From positions 1-50,919 of IMG/VR virus record IMGVR_UViG_3300020596_000031: 50,919 nucleotides of DNA; one strand, given 5' to 3'. Shown here piece after piece: positions 28,033 to 37,511 of this stretch. The notes below the pieces were generated by a model. That model searched no databases and was not told the origin of the DNA. It worked only from the letters and a program-made list of their open reading frames with translations. Both the position numbers and the translations under genes were made by a program. Each line of letters opens with the position of its first letter. The first letter of the stretch is position 1. This stretch comes from a virus (taxonomy: Duplodnaviria > Caudoviricetes).

Positions 28033-28446
28033 ATGGACTCTCTCACGATCAAGCTGCTCAACGAACGCCGTGCCAATAGTGTCCGGCGGAAGATCGAAGG
28101 TTACTCTGGCACGGTGTATCCGTTCCTGTGGAACGACGAGCACGCGGCTTACATTTTCACGACCTCCAAGCAGGCCGAGGCCGACGACCTTTTCAAAGCG
28201 CAGGGGCGCACGATGGGGTGCTACTTCGCGCCCGTCGTCACAATCAAGCAGTCTGCTCCGCTCTCGGAGGCTGTCGTCCTTGCGATGCTTGAGCGCGGTC
28301 TATCTCTGCCGCGGGACCCGGACGATAACGAGCAAGTGGCGCTGGTGCTTATTGCAGCGTACGACAAGGGCGCTCTCTCGGTTGAGCCCGCTCTCGAAAC
28401 TCCAAATTCAACGAAGAAAAAGCAGGCCGTGAAAGTTCCAGCCTGA
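28033..28446 (+). CDS. Hypothetical protein
   Basis: 137-aa ORF in operon order. Confidence 0.65.
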   Translation: MDSLTIKLLNERRANSVRRKIEGYSGTVYPFLWNDEHAAYIFTTSKQAEADDLFKAQGRTMGCYFAPVVTIKQSAPLSEAVVLAMLERGLSLPRDPDDNEQVALVLIAAYDKGALSVEPALETPNSTKKKQAVKVPA

Positions 28447-28471
28447 TTCCGCAACTCGCTCATTTAATGCC

Positions 28472-28756
28472 ATGACTACATTTACAAAATCCCGCAAGCC
28501 GTCCAACTCGGAGATCATCACAACAGCGGCGCTGATCGCGATGAAGGCGGGCGATTCACTCTACATTCAGAACCTTGGCACGAACCCGCTTTTCGTGAAC
28601 CGTGGGACCGGCGCGTCGAGTTCGCTCTTTAACTACGTCCTTAGCGCGTCAACCGTCGCGGACAATGGCACGGGAGGCGTGATCACCATCGCCGATTTCG
28701 TGGGCGATGTGAGCTTCGCCGGTACGGCGGTGCGATACATGGCATGGAAGAGATAG
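28472..28756 (+). CDS. Small virion protein
   Basis: SLYIQNLGTNPLFV beta-rich motif common in phage structural proteins. Confidence 0.6.
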   Translation: MTTFTKSRKPSNSEIITTAALIAMKAGDSLYIQNLGTNPLFVNRGTGASSSLFNYVLSASTVADNGTGGVITIADFVGDVSFAGTAVRYMAWKR

Positions 28757-28767
28757 CTTAAAACGCC

Positions 28768-29721
28768 ATGGGTAAAACATTCAGCGACCTCCGCAACGCG
28801 CTCGCCGGTGCCCTTGGTTTCGACGAGTACAGTGACCTCACCAGTCGCGATGGACTCGACGTGGACACGATCGTCAACGCGGCCTATCTCGACTGCTACG
28901 CCTCCAGGGATGGGCGCCGGCCAGCGTGGGCGATCAAGTATTGGTCCGACATCGTACTCGCGCCGGAGGCGGCTACGCTGGGGCTCACGAACGGCAGTAC
29001 GGCGGTAACAGGCCACACCTTCACGGCGAAGTACCTCGGCAGCTTCGTTCAGATCGGCGCGACCTTCTATCGCATCGGCAGCACGACGACGTTGACGCAG
29101 CCGTGGTCTGGCGTGACTGGGAGTTATTCCGCGACCGTGTATTCCAACGCGGTTGCGCTTCCAGGATCCGGGGTGACGATTCGCGAGAGGCCTTCGCTAC
29201 TTGGCATTGGGCCGCTTCTCCCGCTGCCGTTCCCGGAGGACGAGGTATCGCTCCGCAGTTCACCAGCGTTCGACTTTTATCCCAAGGCGGGACGCGGACC
29301 GGTTGCGCACTCTCGTCCGCGCTTCGATCCGAGTTTGATTACCGACGTGGGCGACCCGCGGTATTACCATGTGGATAGCGCGGCCACTGGATCCACCTTC
29401 GCCACCGGGTCGCGGCTTCACCTGTATCCGCTGCCGGGCGCCGCATTCACGATCGAGGCCAGGCTCAATGTCCTTCCAGTGCCGCTGGCTGCTGCGGACG
29501 ACGAACCCGTGCTCCCGCATGACGACGTGGACATTGCAGGCGCGATTCTCGAACCGCTCATGTTTGAGCGCCTGCTCAAGCACCCGCTCGGCCGTCGCTA
29601 TGCCGGGAATAACGTCTCCGCCATCTTTGCCGCGGGGAATGACGCCCGGGCGCAACTGAACACTTTCCGCAGCGTGCAACCGTCGGGCCCTAAACAATTC
29701 CGCCCGGCCTGCGGGTGGTAA
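28768..29721 (+). CDS. Head-tail adaptor/connector-like protein
   Basis: TFSDLRNAL...IVNAAY N-terminus, GDPRYY...LHLYPLP...L....DEP.LP pattern of podoviral adaptors. Confidence 0.6.
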   Translation: MGKTFSDLRNALAGALGFDEYSDLTSRDGLDVDTIVNAAYLDCYASRDGRRPAWAIKYWSDIVLAPEAATLGLTNGSTAVTGHTFTAKYLGSFVQIGATFYRIGSTTTLTQPWSGVTGSYSATVYSNAVALPGSGVTIRERPSLLGIGPLLPLPFPEDEVSLRSSPAFDFYPKAGRGPVAHSRPRFDPSLITDVGDPRYYHVDSAATGSTFATGSRLHLYPLPGAAFTIEARLNVLPVPLAAADDEPVLPHDDVDIAGAILEPLMFERLLKHPLGRRYAGNNVSAIFAAGNDARAQLNTFRSVQPSGPKQFRPACGW

Positions 29722-29727
29722 CTGCTC

Positions 29728-32379
29728 ATGTCTCTCGACACGCTTCTTGGTCGACCGTTCATCGACAAGACCCCGAGCGGTCTTCGGAGAATCACGCGCA
29801 TTCGCGAGTTGGACCCGGATGCGGCGAAGCTCGCCAACATCGAGACGAGTGCGTTTCTCGCCTACGGGACTGCCGATAAGGAGTTCACGACGGCGCTCCT
29901 CACTGAGCAGCGCATTGAGAAGACATCCGAGCGGGGGGCGACATCCCGACTCGTGCAGGTGTATCAGGAGTTGGCGGATAACGCGCTCACGGCCACCACC
30001 GAGGTTGTCGAGACGACGACATTTGACGGCCGGCGGGTTACGCGCACGACCCACCTTTGCAAATCGAGTCAGGCGGCATCGCTTCGTCCGGCCATCGGAA
30101 GCGGCTCCCCTGTAGTATTCCAGGTTGAGGTGCAGAAGGTTGGTCCGGTGGCGACGGTGGGCGTCTTCGCAATCGAACTCACGGACCTTGGGTTTATCCT
30201 CTCGCAGCAGGATCAAGAGTCGAACAACGGGAAGCTCCTGACCCGCACGATTCGAACGATTGGCTCAGCGCCAGCGACGCCCGTCGGATATGTGCTGGCC
30301 GCGTACGCTACTCAGAACACGGACGGCTACACGGTTTACAGCTCCACGTTCGCGAAGGGCGACGGGGAAATCTCACGAAGCCGCGACCTACGATTCAACG
30401 GGATGCTCGAGCGCATCACGATTCGGCATCTGACGGCGTCAAGTGTCAGCGCGCAGCCGACGACGGATCCACTCACAGGCGGGATCCTGACATCGGAAGA
30501 CCGCAGCGACCAAGACGGTTATCGTGTCTGGACGGTGACATGGTCGAAGGCGAGCGGCACGGCTCTGATTCGGGACGACGTTGAGACCAAGCACAACGGG
30601 AAGCTGAAGATTTACCGGCGGTCGCGCTTCAATGCGGCGCCAGCAGCTCCATCTGCAACCATTGGCGGCACCGTAGTTGAAATCTCCAGCGGGACGCGGC
30701 TCGAGGACGGGTTTACAGTTTACGATTACGCCTGGGCGGAAGGACGCGGGCGAATTGAGATCGAGACGGAGACGCGGTACAGCGGCGCCTTGGACTTGGT
30801 CACGGTCCGTTACTTCGAAGTGGACGACGGCGCCTTGCCTGCCGGTGTTGTCACGAGCACACGCATTTCCAAACAAGACGGGCTCGACCTCACCACCAAG
30901 GTTTACGCAGATGGCTCCGGCCTGATTTCTGATTCTCGAGATCCGGCCAACAACGGGCGCCTCATCATCTACCGTCGGGACCAGTTGGGTTCCGCGCCAA
31001 CGGCACCGAGTGCCACGATCGGCGGCACGGTTATCGAGATCGACTCGTCCGAGCGCATCTCCGACGGGTACACGGTCTATTCGAAGACATGGGCTGAAGG
31101 AATCGGCATTGTGTCCAAAGGCACGCAGCCGCGGGACGACGGGCTTATGCTCGCAGCGTGGACGATCTTCGGGGCACCGGGCGCCGCTTGGGCGACAACC
31201 CTTGCGGCAGTTGGCGGAGGACCGGCTGGAGTCCTGCACAAGCTCGATTACGACGAACTCGACGGGGTGATTCGCTGGCAGCCCATCTGGATTCAGAATA
31301 CCGCGGGAGCGAGTCCGCTGGTCGGCACGACGGTTGCCGGATTTGAGATGCTGAGTGCGGGGAATACCGATTACGGCGCTGTGCCAACAGTCACGATTTC
31401 AGGGGGAGGCGGAAGCGGCGCCACGGCTACGGCGGTTCTCTCGGGAGGAACGACGGGGTATATCACGAGCCTGACCCTGACAGACCCTGGGAGCGGGTAT
31501 ATCTCGACTCCGCAGGTGACGATCGCGCCGGACAATTCAGACACCCCGGTCTTCATTGCCATCCTGACCGGCGTGGCTGTCACTCGGGAGCGATTTGTTC
31601 AATTCACGTATCCAGGCAGGGCCCAAGCGGTGAACATCGCGCACCCGGACGTGGCGAATTCGCATGCTCTCGACATCCACCTCTCGCCGCCAATCGATGC
31701 GACGTTGATCGGGATTGAGGAGATCAACTACCGGGCGGACAGCAGTATCGGAGACCTGACGCACCCGCTTTGGAACCCCCTTGAGTGGGCCACGGTGTTC
31801 GCGCAGTACCGGAACCTCGACAGCAATCTAACGCCGGTTTCGCGAGTGGAAGGCCTCCGCGGGTATCGGGCAATGGGCGGAGTCTCGGCAATTAGCCAGG
31901 TGCACACGGTAGGTCATTTGATTTCGGTTATGGGTTCGGTCGTTGGCTACGCGGTCAGCTCGGCGGCTTACCTGAAGGTGTTCGGAGGGCCAGACGCTCC
32001 GGACGATCGCACTTTCACGCTTCAAGCGGACACGGATCTTGCGTTCCTCGGGCACGACGGGACGAAGTATTTTAGGCGCCGGGTGATCTACGCGACCATC
32101 CCCACACAGAATGCGATTCCAACGATGACCAGCGTCGTGATGATTGCGACCGGGATCACGAGCATTGCGACCCTGAAGGCGGTTGTGACTGCGGGCGCCC
32201 CCGGGGTCATCGGCGGACGAACGAACGAGTTTCGCTATTCGTGGATTCAGGGCGGGCTCGTGTTCTACAAGTACGCGCGGCCAACGCTTCGGTCCGGCGC
32301 CCTCGCAGCCGATACGACGTGGGGTATCCGGCCGACAGACTACGACGCGGGCACTCCCAAGTATTGGCATCTCGTCTAA
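29728..32379 (+). CDS. Virion/tail protein with ~60-aa internal repeats
   Basis: Repeated NG(K/R)L...DG(Y/F)TVY..(T/A)WAEG units; PTVTISGGGGSGATATA...GSGY...P.VTI motif. Confidence 0.65.
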   Translation: MSLDTLLGRPFIDKTPSGLRRITRIRELDPDAAKLANIETSAFLAYGTADKEFTTALLTEQRIEKTSERGATSRLVQVYQELADNALTATTEVVETTTFDGRRVTRTTHLCKSSQAASLRPAIGSGSPVVFQVEVQKVGPVATVGVFAIELTDLGFILSQQDQESNNGKLLTRTIRTIGSAPATPVGYVLAAYATQNTDGYTVYSSTFAKGDGEISRSRDLRFNGMLERITIRHLTASSVSAQPTTDPLTGGILTSEDRSDQDGYRVWTVTWSKASGTALIRDDVETKHNGKLKIYRRSRFNAAPAAPSATIGGTVVEISSGTRLEDGFTVYDYAWAEGRGRIEIETETRYSGALDLVTVRYFEVDDGALPAGVVTSTRISKQDGLDLTTKVYADGSGLISDSRDPANNGRLIIYRRDQLGSAPTAPSATIGGTVIEIDSSERISDGYTVYSKTWAEGIGIVSKGTQPRDDGLMLAAWTIFGAPGAAWATTLAAVGGGPAGVLHKLDYDELDGVIRWQPIWIQNTAGASPLVGTTVAGFEMLSAGNTDYGAVPTVTISGGGGSGATATAVLSGGTTGYITSLTLTDPGSGYISTPQVTIAPDNSDTPVFIAILTGVAVTRERFVQFTYPGRAQAVNIAHPDVANSHALDIHLSPPIDATLIGIEEINYRADSSIGDLTHPLWNPLEWATVFAQYRNLDSNLTPVSRVEGLRGYRAMGGVSAISQVHTVGHLISVMGSVVGYAVSSAAYLKVFGGPDAPDDRTFTLQADTDLAFLGHDGTKYFRRRVIYATIPTQNAIPTMTSVVMIATGITSIATLKAVVTAGAPGVIGGRTNEFRYSWIQGGLVFYKYARPTLRSGALAADTTWGIRPTDYDAGTPKYWHLV

Positions 32380-32382
32380 CCC

Positions 32383-32922
32383 ATGGACGCCGACTCACTC
32401 AGAAACGCGCTGCGAAAACGCGAAGAAGGCCGCGGGTTGAAGAACTCCGAGATCACGGCACTGCGGCAGTTTGACCGCGCGGAAATCTTCTCGTCGAAAC
32501 CACGCAAGGAGCCGGCGCGTATCAGCGAGTCGGACACGCGGACGACGCTGACGGCGGGGAAGGATACGCTCTGGCAGGAGTCGCAAGAAAGCTCAAGTCC
32601 GGGCGGCGGCGGATACACCGAAGGCGCTGCGGTCGACGTCGTGCAGGGCAGCGATAGCAAGCTCGTCAAGGTCGTGACCCACTCGACGTCGACGACGCCG
32701 ACGGCGTTTCCGACGATCCTGAAAGTGGTCAATGGCACCACGAGTGTCACGATGGATTCTAGTGGGATAACGATGACAGACTCAGCGGGCGATGGAAAAT
32801 CATTCACCGTAACCTTTGCGGCTCTGCTCGCTGGCAAGGCGGTGTCGCTGCGCGTTGATTCTTATTGCGATGTCACTACCACGAAGAGCCAGATGCACCT
32901 CGCGACGGCTCCCTACGTCTGA
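32383..32922 (+). CDS. Hypothetical tail protein
   Basis: 179-aa ORF in the tail operon. Confidence 0.6.
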   Translation: MDADSLRNALRKREEGRGLKNSEITALRQFDRAEIFSSKPRKEPARISESDTRTTLTAGKDTLWQESQESSSPGGGGYTEGAAVDVVQGSDSKLVKVVTHSTSTTPTAFPTILKVVNGTTSVTMDSSGITMTDSAGDGKSFTVTFAALLAGKAVSLRVDSYCDVTTTKSQMHLATAPYV

Positions 32923-32927
32923 CCGCC

Positions 32928-34232
32928 ATGGGGATGCTCAAAAACCTTCGGCCTTGCACGACGTGCCAGGAGTGCGTCGCGTCGCCATGCAGCGCCCCGA
33001 AGCCCGTGGTTTCGAGTGGCTCAAGGTCTGGCGCGCAAGGCTCGGCGTTTTCCTTCACCATCAGTGCGACCAATTCGCCAACGAGCTATGCGGCGACCGG
33101 ATTACCCGGCACGTTGTCGATCAACACAAGTACCGGCGTTATTTCAGGAACTTACCCAAGTTGCGGAGTTTTTCCCGTCACGATCAAGGCGTCGAATGGC
33201 TGCGGCGAAGGCACTAACACGCTCTCAATCTCCAGTACCGGCACCGTGCCCGTTTTTACCAGTTCTGGCACTGCAAGCGGCACGATTGCTGTGGCGTTTT
33301 CTTTTAATCTTACGGCCACCGGAAGCCCTCATGCTTTCGATGCTTCGCCGCTCCCAGCAGGCCTTTCGGTCAATACTAGTACAGGCGTGATCTCAGGCAC
33401 GCCTACAGCGGTCGGCGTAACATCATTAACTGTCTCGGCAATCAATACATGTGCCGGCTCGACTAACACTCTTACGATCACGATTAGTGCCGCGTGCCCG
33501 ATGCCGACCATGGAATGCGACTCGATTTCTGCGAGCCGATCTAAATACGGGCACAGCGAGTTCGAGGGGTACGAAAGTAATCCGCCTAGACTGTATTTGC
33601 GCCATTCTTGGACCGGCACGCTGGATGATGAATTTTACACTGACCCGTGCGACGCTTATGACTCGACATCAAGCACGACGTTTGCCGGGTACTGCGAATA
33701 CAACACAGACGGCACAATTGGGGCGGATACGAAAACAGTAGATGGATCCGGCGCCGGAACATATTGCGGAACGTACAATTTAGCACGAATCGTTTGTCCA
33801 TCGGCTGATTGCATGCACGGCGACACCGCCACGTCATTCACCGTCACCGGACGCGGCACTTGTGCACTAAACCATCTCTTTAATGGTGATGTGGCAGACA
33901 CCCTTAGCAACGAGTTTACAACGGCAGACCTAATTTCTCTTACGGTTGCCGATTTGCCGGCATACCCGGGAACATGGAGCGGGTCATGCTCCGCCTATCG
34001 CGAGTTAGATTCGGATGAGCTGAGCTACACAATTCGCCGCATAAAATACCGATTCCGGCTACCTGACATGACTGGTATTACGGCCTATACTATATCATGG
34101 GTCATGGGCGGAGTGAGCGCACTCTCTTATGTATGGGATGGCGTGGCGTCCGTGACAGGTGAATATATAATTCTTGAACCATCCGTGAACGGAGAACCAG
34201 GAATTACTAACGTTGCAGTAACATGCTCCTAA
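32928..34232 (+). CDS. Cys-rich tail protein with two putative Ig (He_PIG-like) domains
   Basis: FSFTISATNSPTSYAATGLPGTLSINTSTGVISGT and a second copy PLPAGLSVNTSTGVISGTPT; ATG 32928. Confidence 0.75.
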   Translation: MGMLKNLRPCTTCQECVASPCSAPKPVVSSGSRSGAQGSAFSFTISATNSPTSYAATGLPGTLSINTSTGVISGTYPSCGVFPVTIKASNGCGEGTNTLSISSTGTVPVFTSSGTASGTIAVAFSFNLTATGSPHAFDASPLPAGLSVNTSTGVISGTPTAVGVTSLTVSAINTCAGSTNTLTITISAACPMPTMECDSISASRSKYGHSEFEGYESNPPRLYLRHSWTGTLDDEFYTDPCDAYDSTSSTTFAGYCEYNTDGTIGADTKTVDGSGAGTYCGTYNLARIVCPSADCMHGDTATSFTVTGRGTCALNHLFNGDVADTLSNEFTTADLISLTVADLPAYPGTWSGSCSAYRELDSDELSYTIRRIKYRFRLPDMTGITAYTISWVMGGVSALSYVWDGVASVTGEYIILEPSVNGEPGITNVAVTCS

Positions 34233-34732
34233 TGAGCGAATCACGCCCAATGCCGCGGGGAGTTGCGATGGTGCGCCGGGAAATCTGCAAGCTCTGCCCG
34301 ACGCCCTGCGACCAGCAGCACAATTCCAATCACTACGGAGCCACATGTATGCAGTGCCCGCTTTCTCCGCCGCGGTGGGGGAAATATGGTCGTTGCACTG
34401 CGCCGACCTCATTTGGCCTCGCCGCTCCTCTCGCTCCGCCGACATCCGAACCGACGCTGGCCGATCTCGCGACCAACTTCACCGGCGCGGTGGCGCGCTG
34501 GGCGGGGCAGGGTTTCCCGACAGTGCCAGCGGAGCAATACGTCGCGCGCGCCGCGGTCTGCGAAGCCTGCGAGTTCTGGGACGGCACCGCCCGCCTCGGC
34601 CTCGGCAAGTGCAATGCGCCGGGCTGCGGCTGCACCAAACTCAAACGCTGGCTCGCCACCGAGAAATGCCCCCTTGGCAAATGGCCCGAGTTGGCGCCTA
34701 ACGAAAAGCAACCTATCCCACCCGCATCCTAA
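34232..34732 (+). CDS. Cys-rich metal-binding protein (DUF6171-like)
   Basis: Two R..IC..C / R.AVC..C...C...GCGC...CPLGKW modules; TAATG coupling. Confidence 0.65.
   Translation: MSESRPMPRGVAMVRREICKLCPTPCDQQHNSNHYGATCMQCPLSPPRWGKYGRCTAPTSFGLAAPLAPPTSEPTLADLATNFTGAVARWAGQGFPTVPAEQYVARAAVCEACEFWDGTARLGLGKCNAPGCGCTKLKRWLATEKCPLGKWPELAPNEKQPIPPAS
34705..34717 (+). promoter_or_regulatory. Late-gene upstream motif copy 5 (AAAGCAACCTATC)
   Basis: 46 nt upstream of ATG 34751. Confidence 0.6.
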
Positions 34733-34750
34733 CCGCGGTACGCCTCCTGT

Positions 34751-36586
34751 ATGGAACATCACTCGATCCGCAGTTTCCGCCCGATTGAAACGCGGGAAGA
34801 GAACACCGACCAAGACCGCACGGTGCTACGTCTGTGCGACGGCTTGCTTGCGGTTCCGGTCGGCTCGCTCTCATCTGGCCCGGAGCTCAAGCCGCTGTGG
34901 GGAATCACCAATCTGCCAACCCGCATCGCAACGGCACTCAGCGGTGCTAACTCCGCCAAAGCGCACTTCGTCACGATCACCCGGGGCAGTCATGTGTTCG
35001 TCGTCGTCTGGTCGCTGCAGACGTCTGCTGCCCTTGGAATGTTCTACGTCACCGCCGGAACGCCCGCGGACTTCAACTTCGACAGCACCGACGCGGTAAC
35101 GGTCGCCAGCGCGGTCAACGCGGTGTATCGGGATAAGAGTCCGACGCTCCCGTGGTTCGCCTCGAGGATCGGAGAACGCTGGTACTTCGGAAACGGGACG
35201 GACGATAACGTGAAGTGGAGCAGCGGGGCACTCTCCGCCATGGGGCCTGCATCAGCTCCGGCGGACGCTGACCTCTACAACCCTTCGCGGGTAAAGATCC
35301 CGCCCTGCAAGAGCTTCGTCGTGGGGACGAATCGCTCTGTCTTCGCGGCCGGCAACGTGACCACTCCAAAACGAGTCTGGATCACGAACGCGCCGGTGAA
35401 GGATTTCCCGTATGTCGAGGGCATCTACTCGCTCTCCACGTCGTTCGTCGACCTCGATTACACGGACGCCTCGAAGGTCACGGCGCTCTCAGCCTTTCAG
35501 AATTACATCACCGCTCACACCGATGCGAAGCCCGTCAACCTCTACAACGTAGACGGAAGCGACGACGGATGGAAGTGCGTGCAGGCGCCAGGTGCGGCCA
35601 ATGCCTCTGCGCCTTCTCCTGCCGCTGTTCGCGACACGAACGGCATTGCGAGCTTCTATCTGGGAGCCGACGGCGAAGTGTACCAGGACCAAGCGATTCG
35701 TGTTGGCCCGAACGATAAGCGGCCTGCGCGGGATCAGGACATTGCCACGGGGCGCGCGGCCGGCGACTGGAACCGCGACATGAAGAAGCCGGTATTGTCC
35801 GGCAAGGCGCACACGTTTTACGATCGCACCCAGGAATTGTTTTGGATCTTTGCCGAGATCGAAGGATTTGCCGGCCGCTTTGGCTTATGGGCCTACAACG
35901 AACGCACGCGCTCGGTCAGCGGGCCGTTCGACCACTTCAACGCTCCGACATCCTGCGCCATCAGCGGCAACATTGAAGGCTCGAGCGCCCTGATTGCTGT
36001 TCTTACCGCCACGGGCGAGATGCTGTACTCTGACTTCGGAAACGTGGGCGAGGTTGACGAGTTTATGAACGAGGGCAAAGGCGTACCGCTCGGGCCAGAG
36101 TTCGAGGCGGTTAACGTGACGCCGACGCCAACTCCCGGGCTCTCCTTCGTGTCCATGACCGAGAACAACAAGGTATTTCGCGAGACGATCGCAGACGGCT
36201 CCAGTGCCCTAATGGTGGACCCGTGGAGCTATTTCGAAACCGAGGGCACCTACGAGTTCGCGAAGCATTTCAACGACGCCTACGTGGCGCGATTCGAGAC
36301 GGCGTTCGAAGATTTAGGAAATTCGCAGGCGCGGAAGAACTATCTCGAACTGCGCATGACCTGGCAGCGCCACTCCCGGGCTTACGTGGGGCTCTACGCC
36401 GAGACCGAGGACGGGCGCCGGCACGGCAAGTGGAGAGGCTTGGTCTTCGACAAGGAGGAGCACGTCGTCCCGATCAATCTGCACGGACGCCGGATCCGGG
36501 TCCGCGGCGTCATCGTGCTCTTTAACGGGGCGCCCGCCCTGCTGCGGGACATTTCGATTGGGTACAACCTGGCTGGGACGACTTAG
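34751..36586 (+). CDS. Tail nozzle / DNA stabilisation protein (P22 gp10 / T7 gp12-like)
   Basis: 611 aa, beta-propeller-like; FETAFEDLG....RK C-terminal pattern; last late gene. Confidence 0.6.
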   Translation: MEHHSIRSFRPIETREENTDQDRTVLRLCDGLLAVPVGSLSSGPELKPLWGITNLPTRIATALSGANSAKAHFVTITRGSHVFVVVWSLQTSAALGMFYVTAGTPADFNFDSTDAVTVASAVNAVYRDKSPTLPWFASRIGERWYFGNGTDDNVKWSSGALSAMGPASAPADADLYNPSRVKIPPCKSFVVGTNRSVFAAGNVTTPKRVWITNAPVKDFPYVEGIYSLSTSFVDLDYTDASKVTALSAFQNYITAHTDAKPVNLYNVDGSDDGWKCVQAPGAANASAPSPAAVRDTNGIASFYLGADGEVYQDQAIRVGPNDKRPARDQDIATGRAAGDWNRDMKKPVLSGKAHTFYDRTQELFWIFAEIEGFAGRFGLWAYNERTRSVSGPFDHFNAPTSCAISGNIEGSSALIAVLTATGEMLYSDFGNVGEVDEFMNEGKGVPLGPEFEAVNVTPTPTPGLSFVSMTENNKVFRETIADGSSALMVDPWSYFETEGTYEFAKHFNDAYVARFETAFEDLGNSQARKNYLELRMTWQRHSRAYVGLYAETEDGRRHGKWRGLVFDKEEHVVPINLHGRRIRVRGVIVLFNGAPALLRDISIGYNLAGTT

Positions 36587-36890
36587 GCCGGCCCTTGACC
36601 CCGGGCGGATTCTTCAGGCCGAGCGGACGGAGCCGCCTGTCGATCGCCTCGCGCGAGACGCCGAGAGCGGCCCCAATCCACGTCGAAGGCATTCCGCGCA
36701 AGGCTTGGGCAACGATCGTATCGTAATTGATCCTCATGGAGGCCACAATCCGGAGCCGACCTTCGTCGTAGTGGTATTTATGCGTCGAAGCAGGCGACGG
36801 CCGATCGAACAGCGCTCGCTCGAGCTTCAGGTTGGGTGTCCAACTGTAAAGATCGACGCGCATCCCAAGGTGGTTATCGCTGCCCGACAT
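36522..36890 (-). CDS. HTH-containing protein (start uncertain; alternative ATG at 36737)
   Basis: STWIGAALGVSREAIDRRLR helix-turn-helix. Confidence 0.55.
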   Translation of the reverse strand: MSGSDNHLGMRVDLYSWTPNLKLERALFDRPSPASTHKYHYDEGRLRIVASMRINYDTIVAQALRGMPSTWIGAALGVSREAIDRRLRPLGLKNPPGVKGRPKSSQPGCTQSKCPAAGRAPR

Positions 36891-37158
36891 TCACCACCTT
36901 GCGACGGGGTCGAAGCGCGATCGGCATGGGCGCCGTCGTCACATCGACCGTCCGGTGCTTGGGGTCGAAGTTGCAAAAGACCGTGACGTTCAGCATGGCC
37001 GCGTTCTCCCCGCTCTCCAAGCCACTGGACCGGAGGCGCTGGTACTCAGCCTGAAACAGGGATCCAAACGCCTCGCAGGCGGCTTTCGCGAACGGTTGAG
37101 CCTGCTGGCGCACGTCCTCGGCGAACTTTGTCATGCCCTCGTGGGAGGTAAGGTCCAT
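36874..37158 (-). CDS. Hypothetical protein
   Basis: 94-aa ATG ORF, non-overlapping with + strand genes. Confidence 0.6.
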   Translation of the reverse strand: MDLTSHEGMTKFAEDVRQQAQPFAKAACEAFGSLFQAEYQRLRSSGLESGENAAMLNVTVFCNFDPKHRTVDVTTAPMPIALRPRRKVVNVGQR

Positions 37159-37248
37159 GGGTGGACAGGAAGCCCGGTCCCGCCGCTTTAATCAAGTCTG
37201 ATACCTAAATAAGTATCGAGGCTTGCCGGACCGGAAGCGGAGAGGCCT

Positions 37249-37500
37249 GACAAGATTTAGACAAGGTCAGGAAGTTACTGGCCAGACTTCCAAGAAACCT
37301 CGGATCAATTAAGTCGCTCTAGAAGAGTTAGTTAAATCTTGGTGCACCCGTAGGGAGTCGAACCCCAAACCTTCTGATCCGTAGTCACTGGCATCCCTGT
37401 TTAGGTATCCACAATGCTTAGTCCTACAGAGCTAGGCGCCGCGTTGCACAAGCCATGATGACCTATATTGGGCGTTGACCTTCGACAAGTTTTAGACAAA
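37249..37500 (+). repeat. Putative integrase arm-type sites flanking attP
   Basis: GACAAGATTTAGACAA (37249..37264) and GACAAGTTTTAGACAA (37484..37499), direct orientation, either side of the core. Confidence 0.7.
37340..37387 (-). other. attP core: 3' half of tRNA-Arg(ACG)
   Basis: Minus strand TGACTACGGATCAGAAGGTTTGGGGTTCGACTCCCTACGGGTGCACCA = anticodon loop, T arm, acceptor strand and CCA; 5' half absent; adjacent to integrase. Confidence 0.9.
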
Positions 37501-37511
37501 GTAAAAGGGCG

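Noticed and set aside
37340-37420. Intact tRNA-Arg gene
   Set aside because: Only the anticodon loop to CCA is present; the upstream sequence cannot form the D arm or 5' acceptor strand, so it is called as attP core
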